From: an uncultured delta proteobacterium
GTDB lineage: Bacteria > Desulfobacterota > Binatia > HRBIN30 > BPIQ01
Assembly (NCBI GenBank): GCA_963761335.1
Contig: CAVXGR010000012.1
Location: forward strand, 192,001 to 256,000
Direction of reading: 5' to 3'
DNA: 64,000 nucleotides
The notes under the pieces were generated by a model. The model did not search any database and was not told the DNA's origin. It worked only from the letters and a program-made list of their open reading frames with translations. Shown here piece by piece: positions 20,493 through 30,161 of the stretch. The stretch's first letter is position 1. Every line of letters starts with the position of its first letter. Made by a program: the position numbers and the translations under genes.

Positions 20493-21668
20493 TCAGGCAT
20501 GAACCCGCGCCGGCGCCGAGTCCGGCTGCTCGCGAGAGTCGTCGCCGCGGGCTTGAATCACCAGCGCGGCGCGCTCCGCAACAACGCGCAAACCGGCGCG
20601 CACGCGGTCATCGATCGTCTGCGCCGCCGCCAGTAGAGCGCACCCCTGGTCACCGCTGATGACGGGAACCACCAGAAAGCCGACCGGCCAGGACTGATCC
20701 AGGCGCTCGACGACGCCCTCGGCCAGGGCGCGCACCGAGCCATCGCTCAGCTCGTGCAGGTTTGCCGCCTCCTCCTCGGAGCCGGCGCGGATGGCGCGTG
20801 CCAGTGGGTTGGTCTCCGCCGTCAATGGCACGCGCAGGTTCTGCAGGATCCACTCGCCGGTCTGCTCGACCTCGGAGCCGCTGACGGTGCCGCCGGTCGA
20901 GCGCACGCGCACCACGCCGCCCTCGACCTCGGCGGCGTAGACGCGCCCGCCGGTGAGCTCCGCGCCACTGCGCAGAACCACCTTCCACAAGCTCTCGCGG
21001 CTGCCGCCGCTGGCGAAGGAGTCGACGATCGCCTCCAGCGCCGCCGCCTCACCGAACGCCTGCGCGGCGCGCCGCTGCTCGCGCGAGGCGCGCAGCAGTG
21101 CCACGGCTCCGGCGATGCAGACCGACAGCAGGGCGGCGAGAGCCACCAGCGGCGCCGCCACCCCGCCGCCGCCGAACATCGCCCGGCCTCGATAGGTGGT
21201 CTCGATCTGCAAGGCCGTTGCGGCGCTCAGCAGCGGCGCGGTACCGCCGTCCAGCAGGGAGTCGATTCCGGCGCCCCGTCCCAGACCCCAGCCCAGCGCC
21301 AGCCCCAGCAACGCCAGCGCCGAAAGCCGGAAACCGCTGCTGATTTGCGCTCCGGCGAGCACCAGCAGCGACAGGAGAGCCACGGCGCTCGCCTGCCCGC
21401 CGCCGCCGCTGATGAGCACTCCGAGCAGAAGCCCGTCGAGCGGATAGCCGTAGGCCAGCACCTCCGGCTGCAGCCGGCCCCGCCACACCCCCAGGTAGGC
21501 GGCCGCGTAGAGCAGGCCCGCGACGGCGGCGATCCACACCACCGGAGGGCTCACCCACCAGCCCGCCGCGCTCGCCCCGACGATTGCGCCGACCAGGAAG
21601 AGGCGCAGCAGCGCCGTCGCCGGCCAGACGATGCGCAGCCATCCGGACTCCAATCTCATGCGCGCCAT
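20493..21668 (-). CDS. Multi-pass membrane protein with C-terminal GAF-like domain
   Basis: About six TM segments, then GAF-like NPLARAI...FLVVPV...LRVVAERAALVI; no kinase core. Confidence 0.6.
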   Translation of the reverse strand: MARMRLESGWLRIVWPATALLRLFLVGAIVGASAAGWWVSPPVVWIAAVAGLLYAAAYLGVWRGRLQPEVLAYGYPLDGLLLGVLISGGGGQASAVALLSLLVLAGAQISSGFRLSALALLGLALGWGLGRGAGIDSLLDGGTAPLLSAATALQIETTYRGRAMFGGGGVAAPLVALAALLSVCIAGAVALLRASREQRRAAQAFGEAAALEAIVDSFASGGSRESLWKVVLRSGAELTGGRVYAAEVEGGVVRVRSTGGTVSGSEVEQTGEWILQNLRVPLTAETNPLARAIRAGSEEEAANLHELSDGSVRALAEGVVERLDQSWPVGFLVVPVISGDQGCALLAAAQTIDDRVRAGLRVVAERAALVIQARGDDSREQPDSAPARVHA

Positions 21669-21681
21669 CCTACCTCAATTT

Positions 21682-23670
21682 TCACTCGCCGGCTGCCGCG
21701 GCCCGATCGACGGCCGCCGCACCCGGGCGGTGATAGCGCCGGCGCAGGATCGCCTTGACGCGCAGCACCAGCTCGGCAACCCGGAACGGCTTCGACACGA
21801 AGTCGTCCACCTCGAACGGCATGTCCTTGGCGTCCTCGCCGAGCTCCGCATGCCCGGTGATCAACAGCGTCGGAACGTGCCGCGTCGCCGGGTTCTGCTT
21901 GAGCCGGAAGAAGAGCGACAGACCGTCGAGGCGCGGCATGCGCAGATCGGTGATCACCAGGTGCGGGGACACCCTGCCGATCTGCTCCTGTGCCTCCACA
22001 CCGTCGCCGGCCAGCCACACCTCCATCTGCTCGGCGCGCAGCGCCAAGGCAATCAGCTCCCGCAAATTCGCGTCGTCGTCGGCGACCACCACCCGGAAGC
22101 GCGACCGCGGCTCCGCGGCGAGCACCGGCGTGTCCAGGGGCGCCGGCGCGAACTCGGGAACCACGGACTGCAACCGCTCGTAGAGCAGCGGCAATCTCCC
22201 CTGCCCTGCCAGAACCTCGAGCTCGGCGATGACCTCGTCCAGATCCCCGCGGAGCCCGTTGCCGTTCATGCGAATCGCCTTGATCTTGGGGTTGCTCGTC
22301 GGCTGCGGCTTCTCCGCGGCGCTCCACAGCTCCTCGTCGAGCTTCTCTCCGGCGCGCACCCCGGTGAAGGTGATCGAGATGTCGCGACCGGGCTCGAGCC
22401 CGGAGAGGCTGATCAGGTCCTTTGCCAGATCCATGATCTTCACGGGCTTGCCCATGTCGAGGACGAACACCTCGCCGCCCTCGGCCATGGCGGCCGCCTC
22501 GATCACCAGCTGCACGGCCTCGGCGATGGTCATGAAGTAGCGCGACATCTGCGGGTGCGTGATGGTGACCGGCCCACCCTGCTCGATCTGGCGGCGCAGG
22601 CGCGGAATGACGCTCCCGGCGCTGCCGAGGACGTTGCCGAAGCGCACCGCCAGAAAACGCGCCCTACCGCTGGCGGCGCCGCGGTCGAGATGGTGCATGT
22701 AGAGCTCGGTGATCCGCTTGGAGACACCCATCACGTTGGCGGGGTTCACCGCCTTGTCGCTGGAGATGAGCACGAAGTCGCGGATGCCGTGCGCCAGCGC
22801 CATCCTCGCCAACGACGCGGTGCCGACGATGTTGTTGAGCACCACCTCTCCGGCGTGCGATTCCATCAGCGGCACGTGCTTGAACGCCGCCGCGTGGAAG
22901 ACGATCTCCGGACGATACTTCTCGAAGATCTCCTGCATGCGCGGCAGCGAGCGGATGTCGGCGAGCTGCACGATGCGGGTGACCTCGGGAAAACACTCGC
23001 CGATCTCCAGATCGATGTCGTAGAGGGCGTTCTCGACCCGGTCCACGAGGATCACCGCGGCCGGGTTGCTGCGACAGACCTGGCGGCACAGCTCCCCGCC
23101 GATCGATCCGCCGGCGCCGGTGATCATCACCCGGCGGCCGCCGAGATAGGCGGAGCTGAGCGCCAGATCGGGCGGCAGGGCGCGGCGGCGCAGAAGATCT
23201 TCGAGCTGGACGCCGCGAAGCCGCGACATCTGCAGGCGCGCGGCGCTGACGCCGACCACGGCGAGCGGATAGAAGGCGACAAACACCAGACGCGAATGGC
23301 CGCGAACCCCGGCCAGAAAGATCAGCGTGGCACCCGCCAATGCGCCGACGGTGAGCGCGCTCACCAGGCGCGTCAGCTCGCCCGTACCCGACCAGGGCCC
23401 GAGGCGACGATACTGTCCGAAGACCGCCAGAGCGATTCCCATCGGCAGCACGATCAGCGGCAGACTGTGCCACATGGTAACTCGCTCGACGGACGGAATC
23501 GCTCCTTCGAAGCGGATCAAGTGCGCGAGAATGTACGCCGTCGCAATCAGCGCGGCGTCGGCGGCGACGAACGAGACCCGCCGCCACGGCCCGCTCAGCG
23601 CCCACATTCGCCGCCCGGCCCGGCTCGGAGCCGCGGAGACCGGGACGCGAAACATCGAGTCGATCGACAT
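21682..23670 (-). CDS. CapD/PglF-family nucleotide-sugar dehydratase fused to a C-terminal response-regulator receiver domain
   Basis: Four TM helices, GAGGSIG, FHAAAFKHVP, SSDKAVNP..MGVSK, RFGNVLGS, then VVADDD...ITDLRMP...ITG...SKPF. ATG 23670 overlaps the upstream stop. Confidence 0.9.
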   Translation of the reverse strand: MSIDSMFRVPVSAAPSRAGRRMWALSGPWRRVSFVAADAALIATAYILAHLIRFEGAIPSVERVTMWHSLPLIVLPMGIALAVFGQYRRLGPWSGTGELTRLVSALTVGALAGATLIFLAGVRGHSRLVFVAFYPLAVVGVSAARLQMSRLRGVQLEDLLRRRALPPDLALSSAYLGGRRVMITGAGGSIGGELCRQVCRSNPAAVILVDRVENALYDIDLEIGECFPEVTRIVQLADIRSLPRMQEIFEKYRPEIVFHAAAFKHVPLMESHAGEVVLNNIVGTASLARMALAHGIRDFVLISSDKAVNPANVMGVSKRITELYMHHLDRGAASGRARFLAVRFGNVLGSAGSVIPRLRRQIEQGGPVTITHPQMSRYFMTIAEAVQLVIEAAAMAEGGEVFVLDMGKPVKIMDLAKDLISLSGLEPGRDISITFTGVRAGEKLDEELWSAAEKPQPTSNPKIKAIRMNGNGLRGDLDEVIAELEVLAGQGRLPLLYERLQSVVPEFAPAPLDTPVLAAEPRSRFRVVVADDDANLRELIALALRAEQMEVWLAGDGVEAQEQIGRVSPHLVITDLRMPRLDGLSLFFRLKQNPATRHVPTLLITGHAELGEDAKDMPFEVDDFVSKPFRVAELVLRVKAILRRRYHRPGAAAVDRAAAAGE

Positions 23671-25001
23671 CACTCGCGCTCCTGGTCTGCAAAGCGCATA
23701 CCACGTGCCTCGCGGCATCCGGGGGAGTCCCCGGGAGAGTTCCCGCGGGATTCCGGCGGTATCGCCGTGTCGGTACGCGCGTCAATTCCGTTGTCGGTCG
23801 GTTGGCTCATCCGGATTGGCTGGTAGGTCGCGGCGCTGCGGCCGCGCAGAGCGCTCCACAGTCCCAGAAGGAACCCGGTATTCGCCAGGCAGAAGGCGAA
23901 CAGCGTCGAGAGCACCGGAACCTCTCGCCGCCGGCGGTCGGCGAGATAGCCGGTGAGCGCGCCCGCATAGAACAGCACCTGCGCCGCCGCCGAGAGCCGG
24001 AAGACGGGCTGGTGCGCCAGCGCCAGATTGGAGATCAACAGCACCAGGAGAAATACCGGCGAGAGATAGCGCATCACCCGGTGCGAGAGGAAGGCTACCG
24101 CGGCCTTGGGATGCCTCCAGGGATGCAGGATTCCGGCGCGGTTCAAGAGCGCCGTCAGATTCTTGCTGACGATGCGCCGCCGGCTCGAGAGCTCATCTCC
24201 GCTCCGCTGCGGCAGTCGATCGTAGGCACGCGCCTCCTCGACGAACACGGTTCGCCGGCCCTGCAGGATCACGTCGATCGGCGCCGCGTCATCGATGTCG
24301 TCGGCGGCGCCGAGCGGCCGGTACAGACAACGCCGCAGCGCCATGCAGGCTCCGGTGACGGCGACGGTCGAGCCCGCGGCGCTCTCCAGTCGCCGCAGCA
24401 GAATCTCATACGACCAGTACCAGCCGGCGCTCTGCGCCACGGCTCCGCCCTCGGTGTTGAGGTACAGCAGACGGCCACTGCTGCAGCCCACGGCATGGTC
24501 GCCAAACGGCGCCACCAGGCGTCGCAGGGTATCGCCGTCGAAGAGCGTGCCGGCGTCGGTGAATACCAGGATGTCACCGCGGGCGCGGCGCACGCACTCG
24601 TTGTGCACCCCGGCGCGGCCCTGTCGCGGCAGGTCCAGGACGTGCACGCGGAGATCGCCACAAGCCGTCGCGGCCGCCGCCGTGCCGTCGCTCGAGCCGT
24701 CGGAGCCGACGATGATCTCGAGCCGATCCGGCGGATAATCCTGCGCCAGCAGATTGCAGAGGCGCGCCCCGATGCTCGCCGCCTCGTCGTGGGCCGCGAC
24801 GATGATGCTGAGCCGCGGCAGCGGGAGCGCCGCGGCTGCCGGCTCCGGCCCCGGGGCGGGCACGGGCAGGCGGTGAATCGAGGAGGAGATGCGGCGACCG
24901 CGAACTCGTGCCCAAACGGCGAGTAGCAGCGGATAGCCGACGTAGGTGTACCCCAGGCAGGCGGCAGCCCCCAGGAAGAGAGCCCCCGTCACCATCGCCA
25001 C
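23670..25001 (-). CDS. Glycosyltransferase family 2 (IcaA/BcsA-like, membrane)
   Basis: IIVAAHDE, SDGSSDGT, VFTDA, TGACMALRR; C-terminal TM helices. Confidence 0.9.
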   Translation of the reverse strand: MAMVTGALFLGAAACLGYTYVGYPLLLAVWARVRGRRISSSIHRLPVPAPGPEPAAAALPLPRLSIIVAAHDEAASIGARLCNLLAQDYPPDRLEIIVGSDGSSDGTAAAATACGDLRVHVLDLPRQGRAGVHNECVRRARGDILVFTDAGTLFDGDTLRRLVAPFGDHAVGCSSGRLLYLNTEGGAVAQSAGWYWSYEILLRRLESAAGSTVAVTGACMALRRCLYRPLGAADDIDDAAPIDVILQGRRTVFVEEARAYDRLPQRSGDELSSRRRIVSKNLTALLNRAGILHPWRHPKAAVAFLSHRVMRYLSPVFLLVLLISNLALAHQPVFRLSAAAQVLFYAGALTGYLADRRRREVPVLSTLFAFCLANTGFLLGLWSALRGRSAATYQPIRMSQPTDNGIDARTDTAIPPESRGNSPGDSPGCREARGMRFADQERE

Positions 25002-26227
25002 CTTCCGCGCTGCGGCTCGCCCGCACTGCGGCGCGCCGGCAGCAACCTTGCCGGCCGGCGCCTCGCCGAGGGCCAGGCGCGGAGCCGCGCCGCGAGCTCA
25101 TCCGCATGCGCCTCGCAGGTGAAACGCCGCACCGTCTCCCGACCGCCGCGCCACAGCCGCGCGCGCAGCTCGGGGTCGCGCCCGAGCCGCCCGATGGCGG
25201 CGGCCAGAGCCGCCGGCGATCCGGGCTCCACGACCAGGCCGTCGACGCCGTCGGCGATCACCTCGCCGATGCCACCCGCGGAGGTCGTCACCACCGGCAG
25301 ACCCGCTGCCATCGCCTCGAAGAGAACCCGGGGGACGCCTTCCGCGAGCGAGGGAACGGCGAAGACGTCCGCGGCGGCGTAGGCGTCCCGCAGCTCCGCC
25401 CCCGAATCGACGCCGCCGCGAAAGTGCACCCGCTCGCCGAGGTGGAGATTCTCGGCCAGCTGCCGCATCTGCGCCAGAGCCGGGCCACGGCCCACCACCA
25501 CGAGATCGACCTCGAGCTCGCTGCGGAGAGCAGCGAGCGCTTCCAGCAGCTGGCGCAGCCCCTTCTTCTCGAGCACGGCACCTACGAAGAGGACGCGCAG
25601 AGGACCCTGTTCCCCCCGGGCGTAGCTCGGCGGCGCCTCGCTCTCCGCCGATCCCGCAGAGACGGTCGACTCGATGATGCTCACCGCCGGATTGGGCTCG
25701 CTGCCATAGCGCCGCGCCAGTGCCGCGCCCTGTGTCACGGTGAGCGCTCGCCGTGCCATGAGGCGCGTCAGGCGCTCGTACAGCCGCGCCGACGAACGCG
25801 CCAGCGATTGCAGCGGCGGCGGATAGTCCGCCATCTGCGCCAGCAGGTCACCGACGACGTGCAGGCAGATCGGCCGCCCGAGAGCCCGGGCCAGCGCGTA
25901 GACCGGCGGCGCCAGCGGGCTCGGCACGCGCAGGTATACCGCATCCCACTCGGCGCGCCGCCGCCACAGCGCCGGCGCCACCCGCGCCACCGCGCCGGCG
26001 CTGCCGGTCCAGCGCGCGAAGTACGGCAGCTCCAGCAGACCGGCGTTGCCGGCGCCCAAGTGGTGCTGCAACTGCGGCACCACTCCTGGCGGTGCCAGCG
26101 GCGCCGCCAGCAGTAGCGAGGAGAAGTGCGGTGCCAGGGCGTCGACGTAGACGCCGTAGCGGCGGTGCATCCGCAGCGTCTCGCCGTCGCGGTGCACGGG
26201 CTCGTCGTAGATCATCGCCAGACGCAT
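24989..26227 (-). CDS. Glycosyltransferase family 4
   Basis: VLFVG...KKG, ADVFAVPSLAEGVPRVLFEAMAAGLPVV. ATG 26227 overlaps the upstream stop. Confidence 0.92.
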   Translation of the reverse strand: MRLAMIYDEPVHRDGETLRMHRRYGVYVDALAPHFSSLLLAAPLAPPGVVPQLQHHLGAGNAGLLELPYFARWTGSAGAVARVAPALWRRRAEWDAVYLRVPSPLAPPVYALARALGRPICLHVVGDLLAQMADYPPPLQSLARSSARLYERLTRLMARRALTVTQGAALARRYGSEPNPAVSIIESTVSAGSAESEAPPSYARGEQGPLRVLFVGAVLEKKGLRQLLEALAALRSELEVDLVVVGRGPALAQMRQLAENLHLGERVHFRGGVDSGAELRDAYAAADVFAVPSLAEGVPRVLFEAMAAGLPVVTTSAGGIGEVIADGVDGLVVEPGSPAALAAAIGRLGRDPELRARLWRGGRETVRRFTCEAHADELAARLRAWPSARRRPARLLPARRSAGEPQRGRWRW

Positions 26228-27579
26228 CAGCGACCTCGCCTCCGCACCGACAGGGCCAGCGCCGTGGCCATGCCCAGCAGCGTCCACATCAAAATGACGT
26301 TCAGATCGTCTTCGAGGCACGACTCCGCCGCCATCGCCATCAGCCCCGCCGCCAGACCGAGGAGCGTGTCGCGCGTCTCGCCGCTCGCCTGCGGCAGCGC
26401 AGTCCACAGCATCCAGAGCCGCGAGGCGTACAGCCAGAGAAAGGCGCCAAGGGCCAGCACCCCGGCTTCCGCCCAGAGCAGCACGAAGGAGTCGTGCGGC
26501 GTGTTGGCGTCGAGAGGAGCTCCGGGGACGGCGTAGCGGTGATAGTTGGCCTCGTAGTTGCCGAGACCAACTCCCGTGGCCCAGTTGTCCGCCGCCATGA
26601 GCAGCCCGGTCTCCAACAGTCGCTCGCGCAGCGGCGTGGACGAGGCAAACTGCGGGTCGACGCCGTAGTCGGCGACGATGAAGATGCTCAGGAATCGATT
26701 GCGCACCGACTGCGGGACCGTGAGAACGAGGAGACCCGCCGCCAAGGCGATCATGAGATAGGCGCGCGGGCGCCGGCCGCTCGCCAGCAGCAGCCCGAGC
26801 GTCGAGGCAATCCATCCGGCGCGCGTGTAGGTAAAGATCTGCGCCGTCATCAGTGTCCCCAGCGCCGTCAGTCGGGCAAGCCACGACACGCCGGAAGCGC
26901 TCGCCAAGCGGGCATAGACCAACGGGATGATGGCGGTGATGTAGAGTGCCGCGGCACTGCGGGTGGCGATCCCTTGAAAGACGTCGATGTCGGGGGACAG
27001 GCCGCTGAAGACCCGGTAGAGCCCATACGCGGCGAGCACCGTCACCGCGAAGCTGAGCCCGTCGGCGAGCGCGAAGATCCAGCGGCGCTCTCGCAGGCTC
27101 CATACGAGCGCCGCGAAGACGAGAACGTGGGCGCTCCACTTGACCAGCGCCTCCCCGTACAGGGCCGGGCTCACCACCGAGAAGCCCGACGCCAGGAAGC
27201 CGACGAAGAGCAGCGCCAGCGGCGTCCATGGGACCTCGTTGCGCCAGCTCTCGGCGCCGGCCGAGCGCCGCACCAGCTCGCGCGCCAGGATGACGGCGCC
27301 GATCACCGCCGGCGCCGGAACCCACAGCCCGGCGAGATCGACCCGCATCCACGGGCGAGGCACGGCCAGGAAGGAGAGACCGAACAGGGCGATGGCCACC
27401 CGCTCGTCCTTCCAGGCGAGCAGCAGTGCCAGCACCGCCAGAGGGATCAGCGCCGCCTCGACCACGTGACCGGCGATCGAGCCGCGCACCACCACCAGCC
27501 CGGCCGCGGCCGACAGCGCCGCGGTCATCGCCAGCATGGCCACCGAGTTGAAGGAGGAGACGCGCTGCACCGGGGTCAT
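26227..27579 (-). CDS. O-antigen ligase/Wzy polymerase family protein
   Basis: Multi-TM; TYTRAGW, GVGLGNY, PHDSFVLLWAEAG. ATGA overlap at 27576-27579. Confidence 0.85.
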   Translation of the reverse strand: MTPVQRVSSFNSVAMLAMTAALSAAAGLVVVRGSIAGHVVEAALIPLAVLALLLAWKDERVAIALFGLSFLAVPRPWMRVDLAGLWVPAPAVIGAVILARELVRRSAGAESWRNEVPWTPLALLFVGFLASGFSVVSPALYGEALVKWSAHVLVFAALVWSLRERRWIFALADGLSFAVTVLAAYGLYRVFSGLSPDIDVFQGIATRSAAALYITAIIPLVYARLASASGVSWLARLTALGTLMTAQIFTYTRAGWIASTLGLLLASGRRPRAYLMIALAAGLLVLTVPQSVRNRFLSIFIVADYGVDPQFASSTPLRERLLETGLLMAADNWATGVGLGNYEANYHRYAVPGAPLDANTPHDSFVLLWAEAGVLALGAFLWLYASRLWMLWTALPQASGETRDTLLGLAAGLMAMAAESCLEDDLNVILMWTLLGMATALALSVRRRGR

Positions 27580-28580
27580 CCTCGCAACCACTCCAGGGTG
27601 CGCGGCCGGCGCAGCGCCGCCAGCAGCGCCTGGCGCTCGGGGCGAACCTCGTCCGGGCGCGCCACCTGGCAGCGCGCCAGCAGGCTCACGAGAAACGCCG
27701 CCTCGAGCTCGGCGGGGCTGCCGGCCACGGGGGCCGCGGCACGCTCCACGAAGCGGTGCACCGCGGTGCGCAGCCAGGAGGGTAGCGCCGATCCCCCTGC
27801 CCGTGCCCTCTCCGCCTCGAAGAGGGCACGCCACGAAACGCAGTAGAAGGCGAACAGCAACGGATCCACGAAGCAGAGGCCGCTCGGCGAGGCCACCTCC
27901 CAGTCGACCACGCCCAGGCCGTTGCCGTCGACCAGAATGTTGCCGGGCCAGAAGTCACCGTGCTGGGCCGCCCAGCGCAGCTCCAGGCCGCGCAGCGGCC
28001 GCAGTCGCCGCCGCAGCTCGTCGGCAAGTCCGCGCCGTGCCGCAGCATCGAGACCGCGCCCCACCCGCTCGAAGGCGCGCAGCGCGCCGTCCTCCTCGTC
28101 GGCCGCCGTCCACAGCCGCCGCTCCGTCTGCGTCGCCGTCTGAAACGCAGCGAGCCACTGTGCGGCGGCATCGAGCGCGTACCGGAGCGAGCGGGAGGGG
28201 CGCTTCCACAGCCGCCGCGCCCCCAGCTGTCCGAGCATGGCCGTACCGCTGAGCCCGCGCTCGATCAGCAGTGGCGCGCCGTCGATCTCGGCGAGCTCGA
28301 GGGGGGCCGGAACGGTGCACTGCAGCTCCGCCGTCAGGCGCGCCTGAATCTGACGACGCACGTCCCACTCGAGGCGAATCCGCTCCTCTCCCGAACGGTC
28401 TCGCGCCGCGTGACAGACGAGCCGCGGACGCGCCTCGGCACCGCAGAAGACGAAGAACTTGACGCGCTCCCCTGCCCTCTTGCCGTAGCTGCTCTTCGCC
28501 AGCCGCAGTTGGCCCCGCGAGCCGCCGGACAGCAGAGGCGCGCCGGCGCCGTGCAAGTACTGGCGCAGCGACTCGATCAT
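27576..28580 (-). CDS. Aminoglycoside phosphotransferase (APH)-like kinase
   Basis: QHGDFWPGNILV...VVDWE motifs. ATG 28580 overlaps the stop of the methyltransferase frame. Confidence 0.8.
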   Translation of the reverse strand: MIESLRQYLHGAGAPLLSGGSRGQLRLAKSSYGKRAGERVKFFVFCGAEARPRLVCHAARDRSGEERIRLEWDVRRQIQARLTAELQCTVPAPLELAEIDGAPLLIERGLSGTAMLGQLGARRLWKRPSRSLRYALDAAAQWLAAFQTATQTERRLWTAADEEDGALRAFERVGRGLDAAARRGLADELRRRLRPLRGLELRWAAQHGDFWPGNILVDGNGLGVVDWEVASPSGLCFVDPLLFAFYCVSWRALFEAERARAGGSALPSWLRTAVHRFVERAAAPVAGSPAELEAAFLVSLLARCQVARPDEVRPERQALLAALRRPRTLEWLRG

Positions 28581-30161
28581 CGCCGCCCCCCTGCCGGGCC
28601 CTCGGCTCGCGCCACGACCGACAGCCCGGGGGCGATGACGCCGAGGCCGAGGCTCCATCGGCCGAGCGGCCAGAGCATCAGCCACACCAGCAGGCGGACG
28701 CCCCGGCCCGTGGACTGCGCTGCCGTCGGCAGCCGCCACAGGAGGAATTGCAACGAACGGACGTCGTCGCATTCGACCAGATAGCGCGGCGCGCGATGCG
28801 ACGGCAGGCGCGCCCAGCAGGTCACCGCGAAACCGTCGCGGCGCAAGCGCGACAGCACGCGATGCAGGCGCCACACGGCCGGAAGGGTGCCGCGCAGCGG
28901 CGCCAGCGCGAAGCGGCGACCGGCCCGAAGCGCGCCGGAATCCCATCCCTCGACCGCCAGGTGCATGGTTCCCTTCTGCCGGAGGACGCGCCGCATCTCG
29001 GCGAGCAGCGCGGCGGAGGAGACAGCCTGGCCCCCGAGCTGCCCCAGATCGGCGCTGACGACGTCGAAGCTGTGGTCGCCGAAGGGCAGCTGGGTGGCTC
29101 GCAGTCGCACGGCGGCGGTCCCCGCTCCCCTCGTCCTGGCCGCGCGCATCATCGACCACCAGCAGGCGATGCGGCGCCGTCTGCGCCAGGGGCAACGGCT
29201 CGCCTGCACCGAGAACCAGGACTCGTGCCTCCCGGTGAAAGGGGAGCAGAAAGCGCCAGTCGGCGCTCTCCACCTCGGCGGAGCAGTCGCCGTCGACGGC
29301 TGTCCCTGACGATTGCGACGAGCCGCCGGTGCCCAGCAGATCGCGGCGATAGTACCGATACGGCTGCGCGTGTCTTCTCCTGCGAAGGCGCTTGACGGCG
29401 ACGGGCACCAGCATCGAGACCGCCGTGCGCAGCAGATGGCGCGCGCTCGAGAGCGGATACTGGCCGCGGCCGATGGCCCGCGCCCGGGCCACCAGATCGC
29501 AGTAGCACACCGAGTTCTCGCGGCGCGCCGTCTCGGAGTCATCGTGAACCAGCACGCGGTGCAACACCTCCGGCAGGCAGGCCAGCTTCCACGACTGCGC
29601 CAGGCGCAGATAGAGATCGTAATCCTGGGCGTAGAGGTTCCGCTCGTCATAGAGCCCGACCGACTGCAGAGCGACACGGCGCGCCATGAGCGCGCTGTGG
29701 GCGAAGGGGTTGGTGCGAATCAGGGCCTGGCGGATCTCGGCGTCCTGCTCCGGCGGATAGACGCGGTCGAGAACGCGACCGCTCGCATCGACGCAGTCGA
29801 AGGCGCAGCTGACCAGAGCGCAGTCGGCGTGCGCCTCGAGGAACTCCCGCTGGCGGCGCAGCCGATCGGGGTCGGATCGATCGTCGGCGTCCATGGCGGC
29901 GATATACTCGCCGCGGGCGCCGCGGATGCCGGCGTTGCGCGCCGCCGTACCGCCGCGGCGCCGCGGCAGGCGAATGCTGCGCAGGCGCGGATCGCCGATC
30001 GCCGCCAGAATGGCGGCGGTGCCGTCGTCGGAGGCGTCGTCCACCACCAGCAGCTCGAGGTCGGCGCAGGTCTGCCGGAGAACGTCGGCCACGGCCGCCT
30101 CGATGTGCGCCGCGCCGTTCCACACCGGCAGGACGACGCTGATCGACGGCGCCGCGCTCAC
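28577..30161 (-). pseudogene. GT2 glycosyltransferase fused to SAM-methyltransferase-like domain, frameshifted near 29110-29150
   Basis: GT2 (SVVLPVWN, VDDASDDGT, MDADD, QDYDL) runs into ADWRFLLP..RVLVLGAG. The rest of the domain (LPFGDHSFDVV...EMRRVLRQKG) is in another frame ending at 28577. Confidence 0.7.

Noticed and set aside
24989..27352. 787-aa GT4 ORF
   Set aside because: The N-terminal part is an alternative frame of the ligase gene; the real start is 26227.
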